Assembly (NCBI GenBank): GCA_026770705.1
Contig: JANJGN010000052.1
Span: 992,001 to 1,056,000 of the forward strand
DNA length: 64,000 nt
Reading direction: 5' to 3'
Origin: Isurus oxyrinchus
Lineage: Eukaryota
Part shown: one piece after another, positions 13,542 through 25,363 of the stretch
Layout of the letters: the number at the start of each line of letters is the position of its first letter
Numbering within the stretch: position 1 is the stretch's first letter
Notes under the pieces: model-generated
What the model saw: only the letters and a program-made list of their open reading frames with translations
The model's database searches: none
What the model was told of the DNA's origin: nothing
Translations under genes and position numbers: made by a program

Positions 13542-13626
13542 CCAGGACCCGTCCGACTGCTCGTCTGGAGAGGAACTGCCCACATGCTCTGCTTGAGCTG
13601 AATGACCTCTTCCTGTGCTGCTCCCT
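13542..13626 (-). pseudogene. Copy of cytoplasmic exon 1 lying upstream of the gene A leader
   Basis: 85-nt paralog of 25981-26065 with both splice sites retained. Confidence 0.7.
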
Positions 13627-13904
13627 CTGTGTGTTTAATTAGAAAGGGTGGATGTGTCACTGTGAGACAAAATGAGGAAGTGGGTAACCAGTGAGAAGAT
13701 CGAGGATGTTTTGTGCTCTCAGCAAAACGTTTACCATCTGATGATCTGTCAGCTCATATATGGGCATCTATAGTCATGAAGCTTCTCCATTGGCTCCGTG
13801 GGATTAGACTCCTCCCCCTCACCTCGGAGGCTGAAACTCAGGCGATAAGAGTTCCCAATACAGGTCTCTGGCCTTATGATTCATTTCAACGATCCCTGTT
13901 ATCA

Positions 13905-14920
13905 TTACGGAGGGAGTGCTGCACTGTCAGTGGGACAGTACTGTGGGAGTGCTGCACTGTGGGAGGGTCAGTACTGAGGGAGTGCTGCACTAGCAGAGGG
14001 TCAGTAATGTGGGGGTGCTGCAATATCAGAGGGTGAGCAATGTGGGAGTGCTGCATTGTCAGAGGTTCAGTAATGAGGGAGTGCTGCTATGTAGGAGGGA
14101 CAGTAGTGAGGGAGTGCTGCACTGTCAGAGGGTCAGTAATGTGGGAGTGCTGCACTGTCAGAGGGTCAGTAATGTGGGAGTGCTGCACTGTCAGAGGGTC
14201 ACTGATGAGGGAGTGCTGCACTATCAGATGGTCAGTAATGTGGGAGTGCTGAACAGTCAGCGTGTCTGTACTGAGTGAGTTCCACACAGTCGGAGGCTCA
14301 GTATTGAGGGGGTGCCGGACTGTGGGATGGTTAATACTGAGGTAGAGCGGAGTAAGAGCAGATATCCTTTCATGGCAAAGTTTAACTGGAATTTATTTAA
14401 ACAGAGATTCTTGTACTGTGTGTTATTGCAAAAGAAAGGATTTGAGGAACTAAGTCTTGTTCCCGTAAGCCTAAAAATAATTTTCACTGATTTCAATGAT
14501 GTAGCAATGGAACCTCCCTCTTTGGGCACCAATCTTGATTGAAACAACTTGCGCAGCACAGTGGGAGTACTGATAGAGTGCTGCACTGTGGGAGGTTGAG
14601 TACTGAGGGAGTGCTGCACTGTCAGAGAGTCTGTACCGCGGGAGTGCTGAACTGTCGGAAGGTCAGTAGTGAGGGAGGGATACAGTGTCAGAGAATCAGT
14701 ACTGAGGGAGTGCTGTACTGTGGGTGGGTGAGTACTGAGGGAGTGCTGCACTGTCAGATTGTCAGCCATGAGGGAATGCTGCACTGTCAGAAGGTTAGTG
14801 CTGACGGGGTGCTGCACTTGAAAAGGGTCAATAATGAGGTTGTGCAGCACTGTCAGAGGGACAGTAATGAGGGAGCGCTGCACTGACGGAGGGTCAGCAC
14901 TGAGGAAACGCTGCACTGTC
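13905..14920 (+). repeat. 33-bp tandem arrays (gtcagtactgagggagtgctgcactgtcagagg)
   Basis: Two arrays here; also at 20310-20540, 32370-32800, 43958-44286 and, inverted, at 52370-53160 and 57920-58130. Confidence 0.9.
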
Positions 14921-15279
14921 AGTTCTGATTGTGGTCCGCAATGTCCTAAGTGCATTCTAGGCACTGCCCAAGATTCCGCCTGATGTCTGTGTAACAACAA
15001 CATCATGTACAAGTCAAGAATAATTCTCACTGTGTCAGTGCAGCAAGACAGCTTTGGAATGGCACCACCACTGGCAGGAGTGTGCAACTACAATGTGACA
15101 TGTTTACATTGGAAATTTCTATTATAAAGATGGGCAATGGAATTCATATGATGGAGAAAATGTGACAACATGAAGTAATGTCTTTGAGCCAAGAATTTGG
15201 CTGCAAAATAAGAATCTTAATCTATAAATATCTACAGAACAGGCTGAGCATTTTAATCACTTGAGTTCATCAATGTAAT

Positions 15280-15285
15280 TTTATT
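15280..15285 (-). terminator. Candidate polyA signal of gene C
   Basis: AATAAA on the - strand just beyond the segment homologous to the ITIM exon 3' UTR. Confidence 0.35.
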
Positions 15286-15649
15286 CATAAGCCAAATGCT
15301 TCTTACAATCTATCGCAGCATGAAAAAGGTGCAGCATTCAGAAAGCACATTCCAATCAGAGAACAGAGTTTAGCAACGGCACATTTCTGTTCATTCCTAT
15401 TCGACCATGTTGGCTGCACACAGCCAGACAATGCCGTGGTTATGATGTGTCCACACAGCAGGACTGGGGAGCACCAGGTATAAGGAAAGGTTTCAGCTTG
15501 CTGAGGAGAAGAAGGAGAATCTCTCGTTCCAGGTTTCTCTCCGTACATTAAGAAGCAGGCATGCCGATGTTTCATTGCACTCTGTCTGCTGATGGGAGTC
15601 CGCTTGGAAATTGCTGTTTGTGCTGATGGAAAGAATAAGCTTTTCATAA

Positions 15650-16240
15650 ATCGAGGGACTGAGTACAAACACAGGGAGGTTATGCTGAACATTTATAAAG
15701 CTCTGGTTAGGTCACAACTAGAGTATTGTGTCCAGTTCTGGTCTCCTCACTTTGGGAAGGAAGTGAGGGTCCTTGAGAGGGTGGGGAGGAGATTGAGCAG
15801 AATGGGTCCAGGGATGAGGGATTTTAGCTACAAGGTTAGGTTGGAGAAGCTGGGGTTGTTCTCCTTGGAGCAAAGGAGATTGAGGGGGGATCTGATCGAG
15901 GTGTACAAGATGATGATGGGTTTAGATAAGGCAGACAAAGAGAAGCTGTTGCCATTAGCTGATGGGACAAGGACTGGGGGACACAGATTGAAGGTTTTGG
16001 GCAGAGGGGGATGTGAGGAGGAACTTTTTTACACAGCGAGTGGTAATGAGCTGGAACTCGCTGCCTACGAGGATGGTGGAAGTGGAGACGATGAACAATT
16101 TCAAAAGGAAATTGGACGGACACTTGGAACTAAACTCACAGGGATACGGGGATAGAGCGGGGGAATGGGACTGACTGGATTGCTCTACAGAGAGGCAGCA
16201 TGGACTCAATGGGCTGAATGGGCTCCCACTGTGCTGGAAT
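15650..16240 (+). mobile_element. CR1-like LINE 3' fragment (inverted copy ~63270-63865)
   Basis: YKALVRSQLEYCVQFWSP..LEQRRLRGDLIEVYK. Confidence 0.85.
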
Positions 16241-16357
16241 GCCTCTCTGATACGAAGGTGATTCTAACCAGGACACTAACCAGTTTCATTACAACTTAAC
16301 ACAACATCACACGTTATTTGTCCGCACTGACTAACCAGATTGTTGCTGTACAAAGCT

Positions 16358-16497
16358 TCAAACAGTCTGTCGACTTCCTTTCACTGTTTGTCTCTCCCAG
16401 ACACAGACTCCAGCGATAGTGATAACCACAGCCACAAGGAATATCACAGCTCGTATTCCCAGGATCAGGATCACGTGCAGAATCTCTCCTCCACTGT
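16358..16497 (-). CDS. Gene C TM exon with intramembrane Arg and short tail
   Basis: ttctctag|, phase 1; SGGEILHVILILGIRAVIFLVAVVITIAGVCVWERQTVKGSRQTV then TGA. Confidence 0.82.
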
Positions 16498-18171
16498 CTA
16501 GAGAACACACAGAAAGAAATCATCACTGACTCTCCGCTTTCAATCTCTCACTCTGGCTGAACAATCAAGCTTCATATCACTGCAACATTTGCTGTAATAT
16601 TGACCCATCCACTGGGATTCAATGTGGAATGAATGTTTTCATTGTAAACACTCTAAGAGTGGACAATCGGAACTTTCCCCTTAGCGTGGAACATTGGTGA
16701 GAATGGATCATTGTGCTGTTGGACTCCCTGTCCAATGTTTCTCTCCGTCGCTGTGTACAGGATTGTGCTGTAGAAAATTCTGGAAACGTTTAGTGCAGCG
16801 TGGAAATCCATCTCGGACGCGTGTGCGAATCGGGCATTTTCGAGATGGACTCCCCCACGGACTTACACCCCCCGCTTAATAAACAGTTCCAATCTTTACC
16901 CAGAGAGAGGGGAGAATGTGGAACTCGCTCCCACTGTGAGTGATTGAGGTGAACAGTATCGATGTATTTAAGGGGCAGGAGGGTCGGTAACCAGAGGGAC
17001 ACAGATTGATGAACCGGAGGGGGAGATGAGGAGAATTTGTTTTGACAGAGCGAGTTGTTGTGATCTGGAAGGTGCTGCCTGAAAGGGCGGTGGAAGCAGA
17101 TTCAATAGGAACTTTCAAAAGGGAAATTGGATAAACACTTGAAGGAGGAAGATGGGGGCAAAGTGGAGTGGTGGTTAGTGGATCTGATTGGATAGATCAT
17201 TGAAAGACCTGGCACAGGCACAATGGGCTGAATGGCCTCCTCCTGTGCTGTATCATTCTCTGCTTCCATTATCTCTCCCCCAGTCAGTAACCACTCCAGA
17301 TCCCTCTTGAAGGTGACAGAGAATCAGCAACCACCACACCCACTGACAGCACATTACCGAGGATCCCTACTCTCTGGGAAAAGATGAAGTCCCCAACATC
17401 CAGCCTATTCCTGCTTCCCAGAGAGTGTAACCCTTCAGGGAGGCGCTGAGGAAGTTTTCAATAAAATGAGTTATCAAATCTACCATTTGAGAAATAATTT
17501 AATTCTGATGATCTCAATGCTTGTGGAGCAAACTGGGAAGTAGATTTGCTTGAAAAGCTGGGAAACACAAGGATTAAGTGCTACAATGCCACCACTGGTG
17601 GAAGGCTGTAACTACAGCGTGACGTTTACATAGGCAGTCATCATTATAAACAGGGGCATTGGACATATTGGGAATTATGTGCACGGAAATAGTGAGAACA
17701 CGATGTAATCTTTTCACCAGCAAGAATTCTCGTACTAAACCTCTTCACCTCTGTTTTAATCTCAGATACACAAAAAAAATCACAGAATCAGATAAGGAGG
17801 AGTTGGGACTAGTTCTTCGTCAAAGGGTTAGGTTTCAGGTACCTCCTTAAAGGGAGAGAGAGAGAGTTGGAGAAGCAGATAGTATCTACGAGTGCCTCTA
17901 TGCATCTGAGTGTTTGTACGAGTAATTTCCATATTCTTCCATAAATATGAATGGGAACACGAATCCCAGAATTCAGCCCACTCTCCAGTGCAGTACTGAG
18001 GGAGGTCAGGTAACCCATGAGGGAGTCTTGTGCCAGTGTGTTTGTTTGTGAGTGTGTCTTTGTGTGTGGTCATATATGTGTGTCTACACGTGTCTATTTA
18101 GGTCTGTATGTTTGAGGGTGTTTGTGTAGTGTTCGAATCTGTGAGAGATGTTGAAGTCTGTGTACACTCAC

Positions 18172-18320
18172 ATTCCACAGTGATGGTTATGAACCCCTCC
18201 ACTGCTCCATGTTCATTCTCTGAACACATTGATAGTGTCCAGTGTCCCTGGATGTAACGTGAAGAATCACCAACCACAGCTCATTGTTGGAACTTGTTCT
18301 AATCATTGGGACGTTAAGAT
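18172..18320 (-). pseudogene. Gene C C2 exon remnant (5' half replaced by an unrelated ~180-bp segment)
   Basis: Homology to the 282-nt C2 exons ends at ~18320; upstream intron homology resumes at ~18505. Confidence 0.8.
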
Positions 18321-18646
18321 CTCAGGGCAGGAATCAAGAAGCCCGTTCGCACGATTACCAACAGAAAGTGAACAACAATTTATACTTAATGGGAAGAGAG
18401 TGCTGATTGGTTGGCAAGTGGTCTCTGATAGGTGGAGGTGTTGCCATGGAGAATACTGTGTGTGAGATGAAAAGTTTAGACAGCTTGTCTCTTCATTCAG
18501 CAATAATCATATAAAGATCAATTAACTTCTATCGACTGTGAAGCACTTAGAGATTACTGAGAATGTGGATACTGAGAACGGGCTGCACTGTCAGAGGGTC
18601 AGCGCTGAGGGAGTGCTGATGTAGAATGAAGAGTGTCCGTTCTTAC

Positions 18647-18943
18647 CTTGCACAGTTAGTACGAGGGTCCGCTCCGATGAAACAGATGGATATCTCACTC
18701 TGCAGCTGAGATTGTGTCCGTGGTGTTTGAGTGATGGGATCAGGGTCAGAACAGAAGTATAGGTCAGAGTGACACCATGCTGAGTTACAGTGTTTGAGAC
18801 TGATCCAGGTACGTCAGTGGGAGTGTCCCAGGTTAAGACAGGTGCTGCTGTTCCATTGCACGTTGCGTTGAAGGTGCAGCTTACATCCACACGCTTTCCT
18901 GCAATAATTTCAGCAGGGAATATCGTGGGTTTATCTGTGAAAT
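18647..18943 (-). CDS. Gene C Ig domain-2-like exon (intact frame; gene probably a pseudogene)
   Basis: 297-nt paralog of 32920-33216 with canonical splice sites. Confidence 0.8.
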
Positions 18944-19800
18944 CTAACAGACAGAGAATGGATCCTTTTAGAGAAATATAACGTGAAGCATCAGTTCAAA
19001 TAGAAATCACAGTCCCACAAGAGAAAGCACTTTTACAAGGATGATATCAGAACTGAGAGGTTACAATGATCAGGAAAGATTTTCTTGCTCTTTGGCAGTA
19101 GTGTTTCTGTCTCTCAGCTTAATACACGTTCACTCCGAGACATGTGAATTGAGAACACTGGATGAGAGAAGAGGCTCAGACCAGAGATTGGAGTTAAAAG
19201 CAGAATACTGCGGATGCTGGAAATCTGTAACCAAAACAAAAATTGCTGGAAAGACTCAGCAGGTCTGACAGTATCAGTGGAGAGGAAGACAGGGTTAACG
19301 TTTCGCGTCCGTATGACTCTTCATCAGACCAAAGGTTTGAGTTCACTGGCTTCTCATTTCCTCAGTGATCTGGGTGATTTATCACCTTGTGGTTTGTTGG
19401 ATCTTGCTGTGCACAAACTGCCTGCTGTGTTTAACATCTGTGACTACAATTCAGGAATAATTTCATTGGCTGTGAAGGGATTTGGATCCTCCTGAGGTGG
19501 TAAATTGCGCTGCAGAAATGCACATCTTTCTTTTATCGATACGTCAGACTTTTAAACAGGACAGGAGAGATTGATGGGTGTGGTAACCTGATAATACAGT
19601 TAATGCTTTTCATCATTGATATTAAAGTGAGTATTGGAGGTTGCTTTAGGACTGAACTGGAAGCTATCATCAGGTTATTGAGAATCAGACAGTGTGTTAT
19701 AATAAGCTGTGTTTTGTGTTAATATGTAAACGTCACAGTTTGTGTTATTTCCAATGAGTGTTGAATGTGAACTGTTGAGTAATTATAACACAGCACTTAC

Positions 19801-20012
19801 CAGAAACGTGAAGCTGGGTTACAGGATAGTAGCTGTAACTATTACTGCTGTCAAATTCTATTCTGAAAAAAATAAGGTCCTGCATCTTCCCGTCTGATGT
19901 TGTTTATAATCAGGGAACAGTCGCCATCTTTCAGGTCTCCAGACAGCCGGGTACGATGGCGGAATCTTTGATCCCTGTGACTGTGACCCTCGGAGTGAAA
20001 GGCTATAGACCA
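19801..20012 (-). pseudogene. Gene C 5'-truncated, frameshifted V-set exon
   Basis: 3' half of a V exon with intact donor; the A-run near 19866 has 7 nt versus 6 in gene A; the 5' end is fused to a cytoplasmic-exon-1 acceptor. Confidence 0.85.
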
Positions 20013-20819
20013 TTTAGGCTGCTCCCTCTGTGTATTTAATTAGAAAGGGCTGATGTGTCTCTGTGAGACAAAATGAGGAAGTTGGTTCAAAGTGACAGAG
20101 CAGCTCATGTTTTGAGATGTTGGTGAACTGTTAACCCTTTGTGTCCTGACCCTGTGATGATATTTCTGCTCACAGGTGGACAGTCATTGACCAGGAATTT
20201 CTCCTGTGGGTCAGTGGGTTTCACAGCCAAATTCAGGGGGTCAGAATGTTGTGGGGTTCAAGACCCCATTCAGGGGACGTCTGCCCCACAGAGTAGACTG
20301 AAACTCCCCAGTGTCAGTACTGAGCAAGTGCTGCACTGTCGGATGGTCATTACTGAGCGAGTGTTGCACTATTGTAAGGTCAGTATTGAGGGAGATCTCC
20401 ACTTTTGGAGGGTCAGTACTGAGTGAGTGCTGCACTGTCAGAGGGTCATTAATCAGGGAGTGCTGCACTGTTGGAGGGACATTAATCAGGGAGTGCTGCA
20501 ATGTTGGAGGATCAGTACTGAGGGAGTGCCGCACTGTATTAAGGTGCTGATTTAGAAGACAGGACAATGGATTAGGAGCCCTCAGAACTCCCCCCGTGAT
20601 TTCCAATCGATCCGTTACTTACCCAGGACCTGTCCGACTGCTCGCCTGGAGAGGAACTGCCCACACGCTCTGCTTGGGCTGAATGGGCCTCCTCCTGATC
20701 CTGTGTTATAGGCTCGAGGGGCTGAGTGGGCCTCCTCCTGTTCCTGTGTAAAAGGCTAAAGGGGCTGAATTGGCCTTCCCCAGTTCCTGTGTACCAGGCT
20801 CGAGTACATTAGGAGCATC

Positions 20820-21655
20820 ATTGGAAGCAGCATTTCACTTGCACTTCCCTCAATTTAATCTACTGCCTTCACTGCTCCCAATGTGGTCTCCTCTACATGG
20901 GACAGACCAAACACAGACTGGGTGATCGCTCTGATGAACACCTTCGGTCTGTCCACAAGCATGACCCAGACCTCCCTGTCGCTTGCCATTTTAACACCCC
21001 ACCCTGCTCTCATGCCCACATGTCCGTCCTTGGCCTGCTGCATTGTTCCAGTGAAGCCCAACACAAACTGGAGGAACAGCACCTCATCTTCCGACCAGGC
21101 ACTTTACAGTCTTCCGGACTGAATATTGAGTTCAACAATTTCAGATCATGAACTCTCTCCTCCATCCCCACCCCCTTTCCAATCTCCCTTTTTCCAATAA
21201 TTGATCATTTTTAATATTTATTTTATTTATATATTTTTCTTTTCCCACCTATTTCCATTATTTTTAAATGTTTTACATCTGTTGTTGTATCTCTACCTTT
21301 TAGCCTATTTCAATCCTTTCCCCCCACCCCACCCCCACTAGGACTATCTGTCTCTTGCTCGTCCTGCTTTCTACCCTTAATGTCCCCATTAGCACATTCC
21401 TCAGATAATATCACCACCGTCAACACCCCTTTGTCCTTTTGTCTATCACATCTTTGGCAACCTCTTCTTTACCTCCACCTATCACTGGCCCACAATCCAG
21501 CTCTACCTGTCCCACCCCCTCTACCAGCTAAAACGTCACCTCATTTCTCGATTCCCTTAGTTCTGATGAAGAGTCATACAGACCCAAAACGTCAAGTGTG
21601 TTCCTCTCCGCAGATCCTGTCAGACCTGCTGAGTTTTTCCAGCTATTTTTGTTTT
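20820..21655 (+). mobile_element. Penelope-like element fragment (GIY-YIG endonuclease end plus terminal region)
   Basis: LYMGQTKHRLGDR..EH..PVACHFN..KLEEQHLIFR..GLNIEFNNF. Confidence 0.82.
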
Positions 21656-22425
21656 TGCTCCTGTTCTTGTGGAACAGGCTTGAGTGGCTGAATGGAGCCC
21701 CTAAAGTTCCTGTGTAACAAGCTTGTGGAGGCTGAATGGGTCTCCTGTACCTGTGAAACAGGCTCAAGGGGACAGAATGGGCCTCCTCCTGTTCCTGTGT
21801 AACAGGCTCGAGGAGGGTGAATGGGCCTCCTCCTGTTCCTGTGTAACACGTTCAAGGGGACAGAATGGGCCTCCTCCTGTTCCTGTGTAACAGGCTCGAG
21901 GAGGGTGAATGGGCCTCCTCCTCTTCCTGTGTAACAGGCTCGAGGGGACAGAATGGGCCTCCTCCTGTTCCTGTGTAACAGGCTCGAGGGGGCTGAATGG
22001 GCCTCCTCCTCTTCCTGTGTAACAGGCTCAAGGGGCTGAATGGGTTTCCTATTCCTGTGTAAGAGGGTTGAGAGACTGAATGTGCTCTTCCTGTTCCTGG
22101 ATAACAGGCTAATGTGACTGAATGGCCTCCTCTTGTTCCTGTGTTACAGGCTCTATGGGGCTGAATAGGACTCCTCCTTTTCCTGTGTAACAGGCTCGAG
22201 GGGCTGAGAGTCTCTCCTGTTCCTGTTGAAGGGTGTTGAGAGACTGAATGGCCTCTTCCTGTTCCTGTGTAATAGGCTCATGAGGCTGATGGGCCTTCTC
22301 CTGTTCCTGTGTAACAGGCTCAGGTGCTGAATGGGCCTCCTGCTGTTCCTGTGTAACAGGCCCAAGGAGGCTGAATGGGCCTCCTCCTGTTCCTGTGTAA
22401 CAGGCTCAGGTGCTGAATGTCCTCC
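21655..22425 (+). repeat. ~41-42-bp tandem array (ggctcgaggggctgaatgggcctcctcctgttcctgtgtaaca)
   Basis: Direct inspection; also at 20675-20800 and 43640-43870; the unit resembles the CR1 3' tail. Confidence 0.88.
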
Positions 22426-22429
22426 TCTC

Positions 22430-22650
22430 ATTAAAAATAAATACTGCAGATGCTGTAAATCTGAAATAAAAACAGAAAATGCTGCATTAACTCAGCAGGT
22501 CTGGCAGCAGCTGTGGAGAGAGAAACAGAGTTTTTGCTTATAGACTCTGAAGAAGGGTCATACGGACTCGAAATGATTATTCTGTTTATCTCTGCACAGA
22601 TGCTGCCAGACCTACTCAGTTTCTCCAGCATTTTCTGTTTTTATTTCAGG
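22430..22650. mobile_element. Short inverted-repeat Penelope-derived element
   Basis: Arms ~22460-22530 and ~22580-22650 are reverse complements around ctgaagaagggtcatacggactcgaaa. Confidence 0.65.
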
Positions 22651-22985
22651 TGCTCTCTTGTTCCTGTGTAGCAGGCTCGAGGGGGCTGAATGACCTCCTC
22701 CTGTTCCTATTCAATGGGCAGTCAAAGCATGTGTCTGATTTTGGACATCGAACCCAATTCTGTCCTCAGGACACTGATAGAGGGAGAGACCAGTTATAGA
22801 TCAATGCAGGAGGATTATTTATTTTCCCAATCTTTGATCCAAGCATCTCATCAAACACAGAGCGGAATACTGATCAAGGATGTTGGTCTCTGTAATCTGT
22901 AACACATCGCACAGTCCACCCATCCACTCAGCCTTCAGAATGGATGCTAATTGTACTCTCCAAGTGTGAAAGACTAAAATGATGG

Positions 22986-22991
22986 TTTATT
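22986..22991 (-). terminator. Candidate polyadenylation signal AATAAA for gene B
   Basis: tttatt on the + strand about 760 nt past the stop codon; not verified. Confidence 0.3.
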
Positions 22992-23750
22992 GCAGCTATA
23001 TCTCATTCTGTTATCAAAGCTGTCTCATCCATCCATGACATATTGAAGAAGATAAACCTGCAACCAATTTTTCACATCATAATTTCCAATGTTCATTGGC
23101 TATATCAATGTCAACATGTCACGTTGTACTGATGAACTCCCATCATTGGTGGCACTGTAGCACATGTTATCCTCTAAGCTGCAGAGAATTTCTCAAATCT
23201 CCAATCAAATTGTATCCCAGATTGTTGTTCGTTTCGCTGTTTAACAATGAAGTGTAAAATCCAAATATATTTCTGAAAATACATTTGACGACAAAATGGT
23301 GTAAATTTTACCAATCTCCTCTGTTCCAATTATCCACCGATCCTGCATTTCCTGAAGTCTGCACTGGCTGATGAATATTCTAAACACTGACAGACAGGAA
23401 GGTGAATAACAGAATGAAAATTAACTCTTAATCGCGGACACGGGATTGAATTTGTCCGTTATGTCCTGGTACATCATCGAACGATATCTAAAGACATTTA
23501 CAATCAGAATGGAGAGAAGGATGTTTCCAACAGGGAGGGACAATTCTGAAGGAGGATGTTCGAATTGAAACCCACAGACAATCATCCTGGATAGATCATT
23601 CCGAAGAAATTCCATCAGATTGTAACAAGAGGTTTAAATCTATTTCCTGGGAGTGAGTTCCTGTGGATATTAGGAAGGTAAATTGGAGTTTTGAATGATT
23701 CTCCCGTTCTGTATTCTCCCCACACTGTGTGTGTCTCATTCTTGCTCAGT

Positions 23751-23867
23751 TTATAAATTCCCATAAACAGAATCCTTGGCAAAATCACAGTTTGCGTAAA
23801 GATCATCATCTGTATCAGGATTGACTCCGCGGTTAGATTTCATTTCCAGATCCTTCTCATCTTTCTT
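23751..23867 (-). CDS. Gene B terminal coding exon (LYANC, SVYGNL)
   Basis: tttctattacag|, phase 0; KKDEKDLEMKSNRGVNPDTDDDLYANCDFAKDSVYGNL then TAA. Confidence 0.8.
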   Translation of the reverse strand, partial: KKDEKDLEMKSNRGVNPDTDDDLYANCDFAKDSVYGNL

Positions 23868-23964
23868 CTGTAATAGAAACAGAAATGATCAGAGTGACAA
23901 TCAGAGTGATCAGTGTTTAGTATTATTGATCCAAATCGAAAATTGCACCCACAATACATACATT

Positions 23965-25228
23965 AATTATTGACACTGAACAGGGTTTGATTATTGATAC
24001 TGAACGGGGTTTGATTATTGATTCTGAACGGGGTTTGATTATTGATACTGAATGGGGTTCGATTATTGATACTGAACGGGGTTTGATTATTGATACTGAA
24101 CGGGGTTTGATTATTGATACTGATGGGATTTGTTTATTGATTCTGAACGGGGTTCGATTATTGATACTGAACGGGGTTTGATTATTGATACTGAATGGGG
24201 TTTGATTATTGATACTGAACGGGGTTTGATTATTGTTACTGAACGGGGTTTGATTATTGACACTGAACGGGGGTTGATTATTGATACTGAACGGGGTTTG
24301 ATTATTGATACTGAACGGGGTTTGATTATTGATACTGAATGGGGTTTGATTATTGATTGTGAATGGTGTTTGATTATTGATACTGAACGGGGTTTGATTA
24401 TTGTTACTGAACGGGGGTTGATTATTGACACTGAACGGGGGTTGATTATTGATACTGAACGGGGTTTGAATATTGATACTGAACGGGGGTTGATTATTGA
24501 TACTGATCGGGGGTTGATTATTGATACTGAACGGGGGTTGATTATTGACACTGAACGGGGTTTGATTATTGATTCTGAACGGGGTTTGATTATTGAAACT
24601 GTACGGGGTTTGATTATTGATTATGAACGGGTTTTGATTATTGATACTGAACGGGGTTTGATTATTGACACTGAACGGGGTTTGATTATTGATTCTGAAC
24701 GGGGTTTGATTATTGATACTGTACGGGGTTTGATTATTGATTATGAACGGGTTTTGATTATTGATACTGAACGGGGTTTGATTATTGATTATGAACAGGT
24801 TTTGATTATTGACACTGAACAGGGTTTGATTATTTATACTGAACGGTGTTTGATTATTGATCCTGAACGGAGTTTGATTATTGATCCTGAAAGGGGTTTG
24901 ATTATTGATACTGAACTGGGTTTGATTATTGATACTGAACTGGGTTTGATTATTGATTCTGAAAGGAGTTTGATTATTGATACTGAATGGAGTTTGATTA
25001 TTGACATTGAACGGGGTTTGATTATTGATTCTAAACGGTGTTTGATTATTGAACCTCAACGCAGTTTGATTATTGATACTGAACGGGGTTTGTTTATTGA
25101 TTCTGAACAGTGTTTGATTATTGATTCTGAAAGGGGTTTGATTATTGATACTGAACGGGGTTTGATTATTGATTCTGAATGGGGTTTGATTATTGATACT
25201 GAACGGGGTTTGATTATTGATTCTGAAC
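23965..25228. repeat. 24-bp minisatellite (tgattattgatactgaacggggtt), about 50 copies
   Basis: Direct inspection; lies in the last intron of gene B. Confidence 0.95.
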
Positions 25229-25363
25229 TGTGTTGGGTGTGAGTTTGGTTGGGTTTGGGAGTGACTGTATAAAACATTGCAGATACAGGACTGGAGCAGC
25301 CATATCAATAACCAGGCTACTGGAGCAGCTGAGAGGCTGGGGATCCTGTGGTGTGTGACTCAC

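Noticed and set aside
13905-14920. Regular short repeats as a possible CRISPR array
   Set aside because: Head-to-tail repeats without unique spacers, no cas genes, eukaryotic context.
16314-16526. ORF-track peptide MMISFCVFSRQWRRD (also 62979-63191)
   Set aside because: Wrong frame; the phase-1 spliced frame gives the TM helix.
23421-23809. Two 64-aa minus-strand ORFs as a separate gene
   Set aside because: They overlap the terminal exon in another frame and the presumed 3' UTR; further manual translation gave frequent stops and no recognisable domain.
23923-25308. 461-aa and 370-aa ORFs on opposite strands
   Set aside because: Translations of the 24-bp minisatellite, which lacks stops in those frames; intronic.
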